Source: Octopus bimaculoides
Lineage: Eukaryota
Direction: 5' to 3'
Length of the DNA stretch: 41,541 nt
NCBI RefSeq assembly: GCF_001194135.2
Contig: NC_068984.1
Coordinates: 29,134,722-29,176,262, forward strand
A program made the position numbers and the translations under genes. This document shows positions 25,175 to 37,094 of this stretch, piece by piece (position 1 is the first letter of the stretch; every line of letters starts with the position of its first letter). The notes beneath the pieces are model-generated. The model was not told the DNA's origin. It did no database searches and was given only the letters and a program-made list of their open reading frames with translations.

Positions 25175-25552
25175 TGGCACTCCGTCGCTTATGACGTCGA
25201 CGGTTCCAGTTGATCCGATCAATGGAACAGCCTGCTCGGGAAATTAATGTGCAAGTGGCTGAGCACTCCACAGACACGTGTACCCTTAACGTAGTTCTCG
25301 GGGATATTCAGTGTGACACAGTGTGATAAGGCTGGCCCTTTGAATTACAAGCACAACAGAAACAGGAAGAAAGAGTGAGAGAAAGTTGTGGTGAAAGAGT
25401 GCAGCAGGGTTCGCCACCATCCAGTGCCAGAGCCTTGTGGAGCTTTATGTGTTTTCGCTCAATAAACACTCACAACGCCCGGTCGGGGAATCGAAACCGC
25501 GATCCTATAACCGCGAGTCCGCTGCCCTAACCACTGAACCATTGCGCCTCCA
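25175..25552 (-). mobile_element. Full-length young tRNA-derived SINE (family B) with a 13-bp TSD
   Basis: Minus-strand head GGAGGCGCAATGGTTCAGTGGTTAGGGCAGCGGACTCGCGG...GGTTTCGATTCCCCGACC with A and B boxes. TSD TGCTCTATACAGT at 25162-25174 and 25553-25565. CpGs are largely intact. Confidence 0.93.
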
Positions 25553-26159
25553 TGCTCTATACAGTATCAATAGCTAATTACAAATCTTTAGACTGAGCAA
25601 CAGTATTTGAAGCAAAACTAGACCATCAGGCATGTTGACTACAAATTCTCTCAATAAGTTTAATGATATCACTATGCTATGAGCATACTCAGGAATGGCT
25701 TAGTCATTAATAACAAAAATATAGTTCAAGTAATTATACATTTTTTCATATAGTAAACATTTCAAGTAACCATGCAAGTCAAAACATTGTCAGAAACATA
25801 TTTTTTTTTAACTTCAATAAATACCATAGTGTGATGGTAATCTTTATACAATTTAGTTTTAATTTCAAGTCATAGTTCTTTATCTTATTTACACTGCTAA
25901 TTCCATGTAAAAATCAACTCATCTTCTCTCTTGTATTCCCTAAAGGTCTAACATTCTGTGACTAAAAATAATACTGTTCAATCAATAAAATTGTATAATC
26001 TATTTGTAAAATCAGAAGCAAAGATTACTCAAAGTTTTGAGAAATATAAAATAATAAAAAATCCTAAGAAATTATCAACAATTGTCTATGAGTAATGGTA
26101 TACAGCATATCTGTTTTTAATTATATAAGGTGAATGTTTACAAGTTTCATATTTTTTAT

Positions 26160-26350
26160 ATTTTACTTGTTTCAATTTATTTAGACTGCAACCATGCTGG
26201 GGCATCATCTTGAGAAATTTTTAGTCAAAAGAATTGATCACTTAAAATTATTTTAAAGCCTGGTACTTATTCTATTTGTCTCTTCTTGCTAAACTGCTAG
26301 CTTGTGGGGATATAAACACACCAACAATGCTTGTCAAGCAGTGGTAGGGT
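26160..26350 (-). mobile_element. SINE family A, 3' half
   Basis: TTTTACTTGTTTCA...TAGACTGCAACCATGCTGGGGCA...GGTACTTATTCTAT...AAACACACCAAC...TTGTCAAGC. Confidence 0.75.
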
Positions 26351-26542
26351 ACACACACACATATATATATATGCTTAAAATATCTGGTGGTGTGGGTTTT
26401 GGTCTAGTCACCTTTACTATAATTCAGGTGGTTCAGTAAGGAGTCATACCCAATGACCAGTGTAGCAGCACCTTAGGCAACTGCTACAAAGGTAAAGGTG
26501 GTGCCTTAGATAGAAATAATTACAGAGGATGTGTATGTATAA

Positions 26543-26712
26543 TGAGCTTCTTTCAGTTTCTGTCAAATAAATCCACTCAAGGCTTTGTTTGACTCAAGGC
26601 TTTGTTTGACTCAAAGCTATAGTAGAAGACACTTGCCCAAAGTGCCATGCTGTGGGACTGAACCCAGGACCATGTGGTTGGGAAGCAAACTTCTTAAATC
26701 AAACAGCCACAC
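26543..26712 (-). mobile_element. SINE family A, 5' half, with an internal 17-18-bp tandem duplication
   Basis: GCTTCTTTCAGTTTC...GAAGACACTTGCCCAAAGTGCCA...GGGACTGAACCC..ACCATGTGGTTGGGAAGCAAACTTCTT. CTCAAGGCTTTGTTT(T)GA is duplicated near 26577-26611. Confidence 0.85.
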
Positions 26713-27641
26713 ATTCTGAATTTTTAAGTAATTTTTAAAAAAATCATCTTATATTATAAAGTAACTTAAAATTTAATTATAGGGCACATGCATACAATAT
26801 ACAATCAGAATATTAAAACAGTATCTTATAAATTCATATTTATGAAGCAAAAACACATAAATATTTTACAGAAAGTGCATTTTTATCTAAATGAAAAGAT
26901 GGCACTTTGAAACAATAACTGAACATTTGCAGCAAATAATTTTCAACAAAATGAAGATTCAATTTGTAACAACCAATCAATTCATTTATAAATAATCACT
27001 TGATCCATCTCATTATATTCTTCCAAGAAATTTTGCATTTAAAGAAAGTTAAGAAGAAAACTATTTTTAGAAAACAATTTAAAGTTCTTATTTTTTTTTT
27101 TTCACTCTTGATTACACAAACTAATTGTTATTGTTTATTATGCATTATTGCAGGTTTTCATTAGTGTTTGATTATTTTTATCATTTTAAACTTCACAATT
27201 TAAATTTTTCCCTAATTAAAGGTAGTAGTGATAGCTGTGGCAAACGATACTAATTTTGTCTCTTGGTCAATTGTAAGAGAAATTAAAATTAATTTCAGTA
27301 ACTCCAATTCAATGGAGAGGTGTGTGCATACAGTTAAATGAAGAGCATAACTAACCTAAATAGCATATTGCTGTTTATTTTACCAACACCAAGCCAACTC
27401 TGATTAGTTTCCAAATCAATTAATTGAGACAATGAGCATCAGTTTGAAGGTGTTTATACAAAGGTGCAGATACATATAATTTTATTTAAAGATATGCCTT
27501 CACTGTAGACAGATACACTACACATAGAATGTTATACATTTCTCAAACAAGTTTGAATGATTATATTTCTAAGTGCGGATGCAAGTGTGTTATCATACTA
27601 CACTAATATATATACAGACAAAAAAAAAAATGAACATATTC

Positions 27642-27702
<61 letters not shown>

Positions 27703-28026
27703 GAGTATATAAGGTAATCACAAGTACAAATTTTATACATAAAGATACATGCCTTCCAGTGTATGTGTTTTACACACCCACTCAAAACGTGTATACTTTT
27801 TCTTCACAAACTCATAAGCAGTCATACATACTTTCATATACACTTCTTTTTATGTATAAAAGATAATTTAATCGAATGGATAGTCAGGCATATTTATATA
27901 CAATGTATAAAAGCAATGGGGAAATATATTTCAAAACTATTTGTCACACTCAGTTATATTACATAAATGCATATAACTCATCCAGTATTGAAAAACATGT
28001 ACATCACCATACCTTTATATTCACCA

Positions 28027-28149
28027 TTTTTTTTTCTTTTTTTTTTTTTTTTTTTTTTNNNNNNNNNNNNNNNNNNNNNNNNNNNNNNNNNNNNNNNNNN
28101 NNNNNNNNNNNNNNNNNNNNNNNNNNNNNNNNNNNNNNNNNNNNNNNNN

Positions 28150-28187
<38 letters not shown>
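28027..28187. other. poly(T), 91-N gap, poly(A)
   Basis: T run 28027-28058, N 28059-28149, A run 28150-28187. Confidence 0.95.
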
Positions 28188-28189
<2 letters not shown>

Positions 28190-28220
28190 TTTAGAAAAGC
28201 TTCCCTAATTTTGATAAATC

Positions 28221-28286
28221 ATACATATGCTGCATGTGCATACATATGCTGCATGTGCATACATATGCTGCATGTGCATACATATG
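28221..28286. repeat. 19-bp minisatellite (~3.5 copies)
   Basis: ATACATATGCTGCATGTGC three times plus a partial copy. Confidence 0.9.
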
Positions 28287-28453
28287 TCTGGGTACCAATT
28301 TGTATCTGAGTATGAAAAAAAACAAGACGCGAAACTCTGCATAGGGAAATAAGATAGTCACAAGTTTGAATAAATGAATGAAGCCTATTATATATATTCT
28401 TTTCCTTTGTAAATCTGAAGATATCCATAAGTATATCATAAACACACACCATA

Positions 28454-29011
28454 GGTGCAGGCATGGCTGTGTAGCAAGAAGCTTGCTTCCCAACCATATG
28501 GTTAGGTTCAGTCCCATTGCGTGGGACCTTCGGCATGTGTCTTCTATTATAGCCACAGGCTGACCAAAGCCTCCTGAGTGGATTTGGTAGACAGAAACTG
28601 AAAGAAGCCCATCGTATGGATATATATTATCCTCATCATCATCGTCGCTTAACGTCCGCTTTCCATGCTGACATGGGTTGGATGGTTTGACTGAGAGCTG
28701 GCAAGCTAGAAGTCTGCACCCGGCTCCAATCCGATCAGGCAAGGTTTCTACAGCTGGATGCCCTTCCTCACACCAACCACTCTGAGTGTGTATATACATG
28801 TATATATTTGTGGGTCTGTCCCCCCCCCACCATCACTTGACAACCAATGTTGGTGTGATTACGTCTCCATAACCTAGCAGTTCAGCAATGAAGACCAATA
28901 AAATAAGTAGTAGGGTTACAAAGCCTAAGTCCTGGGGTCGATTTGTTTGACTAAATGCTGTGTTCCAGCATGGCCACCGTCAAATGACTGAAACAAGTAA
29001 AAAAATAAAAG
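28454..29011 (+). mobile_element. SINE family A, full length, interrupted in its central microsatellite by an RTE-tail insertion
   Basis: Head GGTGCAGGCATGGCTGTGTAGCAAGAAGCTTGCTTCCCAACCA...GGTTCAGTCCCA. The 3' half at 28810-29011 ends GACTGAAACAAGTAAAAAAATAAAAG. Confidence 0.88.
28632..28788 (-). mobile_element. RTE 3'-end repeat nested in a SINE
   Basis: CATCATCATCGTCGCTTAACGTCCGCTTTCCATGCTGACATGGGTTGGA...GCTGGATGCCCTTCCTCACACCAACCAC. Confidence 0.85.
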
Positions 29012-29039
29012 AATACACAAACATATATACTTATGTATG

Positions 29040-29078
29040 TGCAAATCTATGCGTGTGTGTGTGTGTATATATATACAT

Positions 29079-29136
<58 letters not shown>

Positions 29137-30790
29137 CACACANNNNNNNNNNNNNNNNNNNNNNNNNNNNNNNNNNNNNNNNNNNNNNNNNNNNNNNNNN
29201 NNNNNNNNNNNNNNNNNNNNNNNNNNNNNNNNNNNNNNNNNNNNNNNNNNNNNNNNNNNNNNNNNNNNNNNNNNNNNNNNNNNNNNNNNNNNNNNNNNNN
29301 NNNNNNNNNNNNNNNNNNNNNNNNNNNNNNNNNNNNNNNNNNNNNNNNNNNNNNNNNNNNNNNNNNNNNNNNNNNNNNNNNNNNNNNNNNNNNNNNNNNN
29401 NNNNNNNNNNNNNNNNNNNNNNNNNNNNNNNNNNNNNNNNNNNNNNNNNNNNNNNNNNNNNNNNNNNNNNNNNNNNNNNNNNNNNNNNNNNNNNNNNNNN
29501 NNNNNNNNNNNNNNNNNNNNNNNNNNNNNNNNNNNNNNNNNNNNNNNNNNNNNNNNNNNNNNNNNNNNNNNNNNNNNNNNNNNNNNNNNNNNNNNNNNNN
29601 NNNNNNNNNNNNNNNNNNNNNNNNNNNNNNNNNNNNNNNNNNNNNNNNNNNNNNNNNNNNNNNNNNNNNNNNNNNNNNNNNNNNNNNNNNNNNNNNNNNN
29701 NNNNNNNNNNNNNNNNNNNNNNNNNNNNNNNNNNNNNNNNNNNNNNNNNNNNNNNNNNNNNNNNNNNNNNNNNNNNNNNNNNNNNNNNNNNNNNNNNNNN
29801 NNNNNNNNNNNNNNNNNNNNNNNNNNNNNNNNNNNNNNNNNNNNNNNNNNNNNNNNNNNNNNNNNNNNNNNNNNNNNNNNNNNNNNNNNNNNNNNNNNNN
29901 NNNNNNNNNNNNNNNNNNNNNNNNNNNNNNNNNNNNNNNNNNNNNNGTGCGTTTGCTATTGTATATGCGTGTGTTGTTTATGCCCATGTGTGTATGATTG
30001 TATGCGTGTCTGTGTGAGTGTGTAGTGTTGGTGAGAAGTGTGTGTGTATGTGGGTGTGTGCGTATATGTGTGGATGTGCGTGTGTGTGTGGGATTGTGTG
30101 TGTTAGGTACGGGTGTGTGTGTGTTTATGTATGTCTGTATGTGTTTCCGTGTGCGCGTGTGTGTATATTTTTTGTGCATGCGTGTATGTGTATATGTTTT
30201 CGTGCATGCGTATGTGTTATGTATATGAGTGAGTATTGTGTATGTGAGGGGTGTGTATGTGTATGTTTATGTGTGTGCGTGCGTATGTGTGCCAGGTATG
30301 TGTGTTATTTTGTGTGTGCACTCCTGTGTGTNNNNNNNNNNNNNNNNNNNNNNNNNNNNNNNNNNNNNNNNNNNNNNNNNNNNNNNNNNNNNNNNNNNNN
30401 NNNNNNNNNNNNNNNNNNNNNNNNNNNNNNNNNNNNNNNNNNNNNNNNNNNNNNNNNNNNNNNNNNNNNNNNNNNNNNNNNNNNNNNNNNNNNNNNNNNN
30501 NNNNNNNNNNNNNNNNNNNNNNNNNNNNNNNNNNNNNNNNNNNNNNNNNNNNNNNNNNNNNNNNNNNNNNNNNNNNNNNNNNNNNNNNNNNNNNNNNNNN
30601 NNNNNNNNNNNNNNNNNNNNNNNNNNNNNNNNNNNNNNNNNNNNNNNNNNNNNNNNNNNNNNNNNNNNNNNNNNNNNNNNNNNNNNNNNNNNNNNNNNNN
30701 NNNNNNNNNNNNNNNNNNNNNNNNNNNNNNNNNNNNNNNNNNNNNNNNNNNNNNNNNNNNNNNNNNNNNNNNNNNNAACACACACACATA
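29040..30790. repeat. Compound (TA)/(TG)/(CA) microsatellite field with two assembly gaps (29143-29946 and 30332-30776)
   Basis: Directly visible. The degenerate GT/AT-rich block at 29947-30331 accounts for the long X-containing ORFs. Confidence 0.95.
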
Positions 30791-31350
30791 TATATGTCTG
30801 TTTGTGGCATATTAAAAGCAGCTGACACCCTAACACTGGTACACCTTTTGACCCCCACCTCACCATTAACAAGACTTAAATGCTGCTGGTGAAATAACAA
30901 ATTAAAAATTAAACCTTTTCTAAAAATTTCTATTTATGTAATAGTAAACAGCAGTGAGTAAATACAAGCAAGTTATTCACTTACAAACAGGAACAAGAAA
31001 ATATGCAAATTTCCAATGCATTTTATTTTCAACTATAGTATTTAATTATTTGCATCTTGATTATAAAGGGAGTTTGCCACTGAGGTGCTTTCTTTCCTAG
31101 CAACCCTAAAAACATATTGTTTGAGGTTTGATCCAGGCCTGATTACATGTTTAGGTTCATCCGAACCTGCCATTTCTACTACTATCTATAAATGTGAGCA
31201 TGTATATATATTATACAATAAACAGGTATGGCATTTTCACATAAACCACCAGAAAGCAACTTGGGAAAATAATGATGTTGAAGAAAATTCTTTGGTATGC
31301 GTGTGTGTAAATATACATACAAATATGCACACATATACACACACACACAA

Positions 31351-31383
<33 letters not shown>

Positions 31384-31432
31384 TACATACATACATGCAG
31401 TACACACACATATATATATACACACATACATG

Positions 31433-31681
31433 ATCATTTAACTTCCTGACGCCAACCACTCCAAGAGTGTAGTGGGTGCTTTTTACATTCCACTGGTACA
31501 GCAGCCAGTCAGGCGGGCCTGGCATCGATCATGTTCAGATAGTGTTTTTTATGTGCCACCAGCACAGGAGCCAGTCAAGGAGCACTGGCATTGACCACGT
31601 TCAGATGGTGCTTTTTCCATGCCACTAGCACAGGAGCCAGTCGGGCGGACCTGGCATTGACCACATTTTATGGTGCTTTTA
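31433..31681 (-). mobile_element. RTE 3'-region repeat containing a 66-bp tandem array (3 units plus a partial unit)
   Basis: CCTGACGCCAACCACTCC... followed by units starting at 31476, 31542, 31608 and 31673 (GTG.TTTTT...CCAC..G.ACAG.AGCCAGTC...CTGGCAT.GA.CA). Confidence 0.8.
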
Positions 31682-32449
31682 TCCATATTTCTATTTATTG
31701 TTATCTTTGTATTTCTATCAACTACAATCAGAATAAACCAGTAAGTAATGCACCACAGAGCGTATGAATTAATTCTATATAATTAGAACAAGGCTAGAAA
31801 TAATTTCTAACATAGAATTAATGATTTCATTTGGAAAAGAAAATGACCATGGATGAACAGCTCCAATCTGATATTATTTTATTAATAACCTCTAGTTCCA
31901 GTCAAGCATTTCTTTATGTCCAAATTGAAATTAAATCAAGATATTCTAATTAGAGGTGTTAGTACACTATCATTTTTAATGATTGATTATTGTGCACAAC
32001 TAATTTATTGGAATACTTTAATACTTTAGTCAAATATATTCATATGGGTAAAAACATACGGAAATATTTTGAAATTTATTTATATATTGCCCCGAAGAAT
32101 TTAGTATGCAAAGTTTATATGAAAAGCTACAACTAGAATATATGGAATTTAAGAAACGATCAACTGCTCAGATTCAAAATATTTTAACTTGAAAAAGAAA
32201 AAAAGGAAAGCAGAAAAAGTATATGTAAACCAGTGTTGTTATAATGAAAAGACTTGGGAAAATATGAATCTATGGCAAGTTTAGCAAAATGAAAGAAATT
32301 TAATTGCCAGAGTTACGTCAAAGGTGATTTAAACCTCAGACATATCCATTGCTGTTTTATAACAAAAATATAGCAAGATATATAGATTTTTTTTTTTTAA
32401 TAATGCTTCAAAGAAGAATGTTTCAAGATAAAAACTTCTCAAGGTTATA

Positions 32450-32508
<59 letters not shown>

Positions 32509-32672
32509 TATTACTTAATATAATATATATAGATATTACTTTATATATATGTATATCTATAATAATACAAATAATATGTGAGTATATGCATATATACATG
32601 CATATCTGGGTACATACCTACACCTACATGTATATATAGATGCATATCTGGGTACAGGACGTTGCAAAAAAA

Positions 32673-32743
<71 letters not shown>

Positions 32744-33599
32744 ATTACATAATATATATATATATTGTATAAAATTTTATATTTATATGTTTATGTATTT
32801 GTTTTGCAAAATTCATACATACACACTCACATCATTATATATATATAGACATATACATGTATATACATACACATAATATATATGTACAAATATACATAAA
32901 TACACATATACCTGTGAACATACACAAACACACATACACAGAGGAAATCTTATAATTAGCATATGGACAACCAGTAGTAGTACTTTTAAACCACTAGATA
33001 AAAATTTATTTAGTTTTTATTCTTTTACTTTTTTACTTCATTAGACTGCAGCATTCTGGGGCACTGACATGAAAAGTAAAGTTGATTCTATCAACTCCAA
33101 TTCTTAGTTTTATGCTTGGCACTTATTCATTTTATTGATATCTAGGGTAGTTAAGAAGCAAAAACAGAAAACGTTCAAAAGTTATCACTTTTGATAACCA
33201 GTGAAGCATGAATATCTGTGTGTACAGGCACGCAAAAAACATGCAGTGCTTTTTAAGAGTAATCCAAACATGACTATCACGTTTTAAAAAATACCTCAAA
33301 CGTGACCATCCTATCCTTTTTTAAAGCATTCCAACTGTGACCATTTTGTCTCTATTTTTTTTGAAGAAAAATACAGATCTCCTTAATGTCATGTCTTACC
33401 ATTTTCTAAAAGAGACTGTATAATGTAGCCTGGGTTAGGCTGCCTGAAAATTATGGGATAGTCATGGACATAATGCTTTCCATACTGGATCAGCAATGAC
33501 CTGGGACTAAACAATTACAACTGATAGCATATTCATGTATGTATATGTCCTAGAAATAACAGCTACATTGTTCCACACATACTGACAACATATATGATG

Positions 33600-33754
33600 T
33601 GCTTCTGCATAGTTTCCGTCTACCAAATTTCACTCACAAAGCATTGATTAGCACAAGACTACAGCAGAAGACCCTTGTCCAAGATGCCATATCAAGGTTT
33701 ACTCTGGAATCACAAAGATCGTGAAAGGAACTTCTTAACCACAAAGCCATGCCC
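33600..33754 (-). mobile_element. SINE family A, 5' half
   Basis: GTTTCCGTCTACCAAATTTCACTCACAAAGC...GAAGACCCTTGTCCAAG...CTTCTTAACCACAAAGCCATGCC. Confidence 0.75.
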
Positions 33755-34169
33755 TTGTGTATGTGTGTCTCCTTCTATCTGTATGTGTGTGTGTGTGTGT
33801 GTGTGTGTGAGTGTATGCGTGTGTCGTATGAAGGGTGTATTTATCCCACAAAAATAGATAATAAAACAAGTCTCTTTTGCTTTTCAAAAATGTAAAACTA
33901 ACTAAACAAAACGGCCAAAAACTTTACTGCTCTGAACACAAAAGATAAATTCAAACAAAAAGAAGAAAAGTATTCAAACAAACTGTCTTCAATAGCAGTT
34001 CATCTTCAGAGAGTGTCGTCTGCATTCTTGTGACAGGTTGTAATATTTCAGAGTTTCTCTATGTGTATGTCAGAGTTTGTCCTATGTGTGTGTAAAGTAG
34101 GGGCTGGAATTTTTCCGTTGAAAGTAGACATATACTTTCTTTCTTTCATGCCAATTCTAATGAAAAAAT

Positions 34170-34700
34170 ATAATAATGAATAGCTTCGATAGGACTGGGC
34201 GGGAATCTCGTGTAAATTTACATTCTATTTTAGGTCACGGAATCAGGAAGTTTGGGAATACCGTGTCGAAGTTATAAATTGTCCGACAGCAAATCAATTG
34301 AAGCTTAGTTTAGCTCCAGCTATGTGGTAAAGTTAAATTAAAACGTGTATAAATGTTTTCGACAAGCAACACACAAGCTGAAGATGTCAGACGCTTTCAT
34401 TTTGATTTCTATTTGGAATTGGAAGTGGTTGTCACTACTTGTCGTGGTACAATACTAATTTATCTTATTGATTTTGTTCCATAGCCATCACCCCCTCGTG
34501 CACGCTAACAAACAATGGAATGTAGCAAAGAAAGAGAGTGGAACATAAAGCTCTGACGTCTGACATTGTACTGATAAGATGCAATTCTTTCAAATTGGAT
34601 ACAGTTTGCCGAAAGATAGCCAAGTATTAACTTTTAGAAAATGCAACACTGATAGTTTTCACATGGCGAGTATTAATCAGATAGAGTAATACGATAAAAT
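34170..34700. promoter_or_regulatory. CpG-retaining, promoter-like island
   Basis: More than a dozen CpGs in about 500 bp directly after a CpG-poor domain. It contains a GC box GGGCGG (34197-34202), GGAAG motifs, TGACGT and ATGGCG (34663-34668). Function is inferred. Confidence 0.4.
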
Positions 34701-35945
34701 CAACTGACACACACACACACACATATATATATAAATGAGAGAGACATGAAGCAAAAGTCATGTAACTCAAGTAAAATGACAATTATTTTGTACTACTGAT
34801 AAAAATCAAAAGGTATTCCAATCAAAATTAGACAATTTAGCTTAGTTTTTTTTTTAACTCTTGGATATTTAATTTGGATTATGAGACAACTTAACTTTCT
34901 AAATTAATCTACAGTAAATCTGTGTTCCTTCCTAGAAACAAACTGAAAAGGTCTAAGCTGCACAACTGCACAAGGGAGGAGAAAGTGAGAGAGCAAAAGA
35001 TAATATAGGAGAATAAAGAAAAGTGCAAGCGCAGAAGAAATGATATAAAACAAGTGTGAATACTCTCACTTCACATTGTTTCAATTCAAATGGTGACCAT
35101 GTATATTTTGCTTATGCCGGTTTTTATATTTTCAACTTCAAAAAGAAAATTGAAACATTTCAAATTTTCAGAAAGTGAAATACTAATACTTTCATTTCTT
35201 AATACATATTACTTACACTATATTTCTCATTATTCAATGTTCAGAACATGAATCTCTACTTTTACTATTGTATACACAATACTTTGCTTATTTTATGTGT
35301 GTACGTTCGAACTTTGTTAGCATTGTACATTTTCACCGACACCAGTGACTTTGGCGGTTTCATTTCCCTTTCTTCTTGTGCTTCATTATTGAAATCTGAA
35401 AGGTTACTTACTTTGTCATTGTCAAGTAATATTTCAAAAGATTTTATAACAGAAAGTGTTAGTTATCCCAGATCCTACATAGTAAAAAAGAGTAAAATCT
35501 TGTTTCTAAATAATTCTCCCCACATTAATTTATCTAAATCACCCGAGACCAAGAACTAACATTTTTAATGGTATTTTAAGGAGAAAAACTCTATATAGCT
35601 TACAAAAAACGTGAAAAAAGTGTAGTTGAATACAGATATATATATATATAACATGTAGGAATTCCATTTTATAAATTATATTTAACTATAAAAAGTCAAA
35701 TTAAGATCTACACAAGAACCATGAAATTTAACAAAAAAGAAAAAGATATAAAGCTGCAGCTTAAATAATGAAACAACTGTTTAATCAAAGAAGTGTTATT
35801 TCCAATAATGAAACCAAGTAAAGGGTCCAAAATGGGACTACAAAGAGTCAAGAGTGTCTAGAAACCAGAAGCTTATAATTATATTAAGTTTTGTTAGTAA
35901 AAATAAATTTGTAGTATATTTCAAAAATTTCCCACTCCATAAACA

Positions 35946-36320
35946 GTGTGCTGTGTGGTAAGATGTTTACTTCCCAACCACATGGTTCTGGGTTCAGTCC
36001 CACTGCATGGTACTTTGGGCAAGTGTCTTCTACTAAAGCCTTGGGTTGACCAAAGCTTTGTCAGTGGATTTGATAGATGGAAACTGAAAGAAGCCTGTTG
36101 TACATATATATATGTGTGTGTGTGTCTGTGTTTGTCTCCCATCACTGCTTAACCAGTATTGGTGTCTTTATAGCCCTGGGACTTAGTGGTTCAGCAAAAT
36201 AGACCGATAGAATAAGTACCAAGCTTAAAAAAATAAGTACTGGAGTCAATTCATTCAACAAAAATTCTTCAAGATGGTACTCCAGCATGGCCACAGTCTA
36301 ATGACTGAAATAAGTTAAAA
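35946..36320 (+). mobile_element. SINE family A, near full length
   Basis: GCTGTGTGGTAAGATGTTTACTTCCCAACCACATGGTTCTGGGTTCAGTCCCACTG...TTGGGCAAGTGTCTTCTAC...(TA/TG)n...CCAGCATGGCCACAGTCTAATGACTGAAA. Confidence 0.88.
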
Positions 36321-37094
36321 CAAGATTCAAAGAGGAATATTCAAAATAGACAGAGTTACTTCGAAGCTCAAAATATTTAAGCATATATACTCATTTATAT
36401 TATATAAAGTCCCGTATCAATTTGAGTTTTTAGCCAACACTGTATGTAATCTAGCTAATTCAAATACACTGGATTATTGGAAATAACTGCCCTTTTTAGG
36501 CAATCTGTTTGTACACAGAAATAGCAGGATCATATCGACTAGTTTAATGCGTCAACATTGATTATATTGGAATTATATCTCTTGCTTGATTTCTTTTCCC
36601 TTTTTGCTTTCTTTTCTTCAGATTTTAAACATCCCAGAGTGAGTTTTGTCAACTAATTACCTGGATTATCTCAGTTGATCGAAGTTTTTACACTAAATTA
36701 CACACGTGAGCCCCAACCAATCTTCTGAGGATTTTCCTTCTGCCATATGGTGAATAAAGAATCATACCCGAACCAACACTAGTTGCTCAACCTGCTAGAA
36801 ATAGCAGCTAAATCATACTCATATCACACATTATCTGGCAATCCATCGTTTTCGGTCTCCGAAAACTGAAACTATTTGTTCGGCAAGTTCCATATAAAAT
36901 TTTTATTTGTTCACTGTTTATTTTTTGCAGCTGAACAATGAAAACCACGGTTGCCCGCACGCACAACTCACACACAATCATTGTCTTTCATTTGAACGAG
37001 CCACTTGAACAGACACACACCAACACACTCGCACACGCACGCACACACACATACATATATAGATACACATGCATACATAAATATACACATTTTG

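Noticed and set aside
25480-25552. tRNA-like sequences here and at 2521, 28454 and 35946 as tRNA genes
   Set aside because: They continue into SINE bodies (with a TSD at 25175) and lack an intact cloverleaf.
28960-30900. Longest ORFs in the track (160-382 aa)
   Set aside because: They are artefacts of N gaps and (TG)/(TA) microsatellites, with no coding signal.
31476-31681. Regularly spaced repeats resembling a CRISPR array
   Set aside because: The whole 66-bp unit is repeated with no unique spacers, the context is eukaryotic, and there are no cas genes.
35248-35559. 103-aa plus-strand ORF
   Set aside because: No recognisable motif and an S/L-rich composition typical of non-coding or antisense frames.
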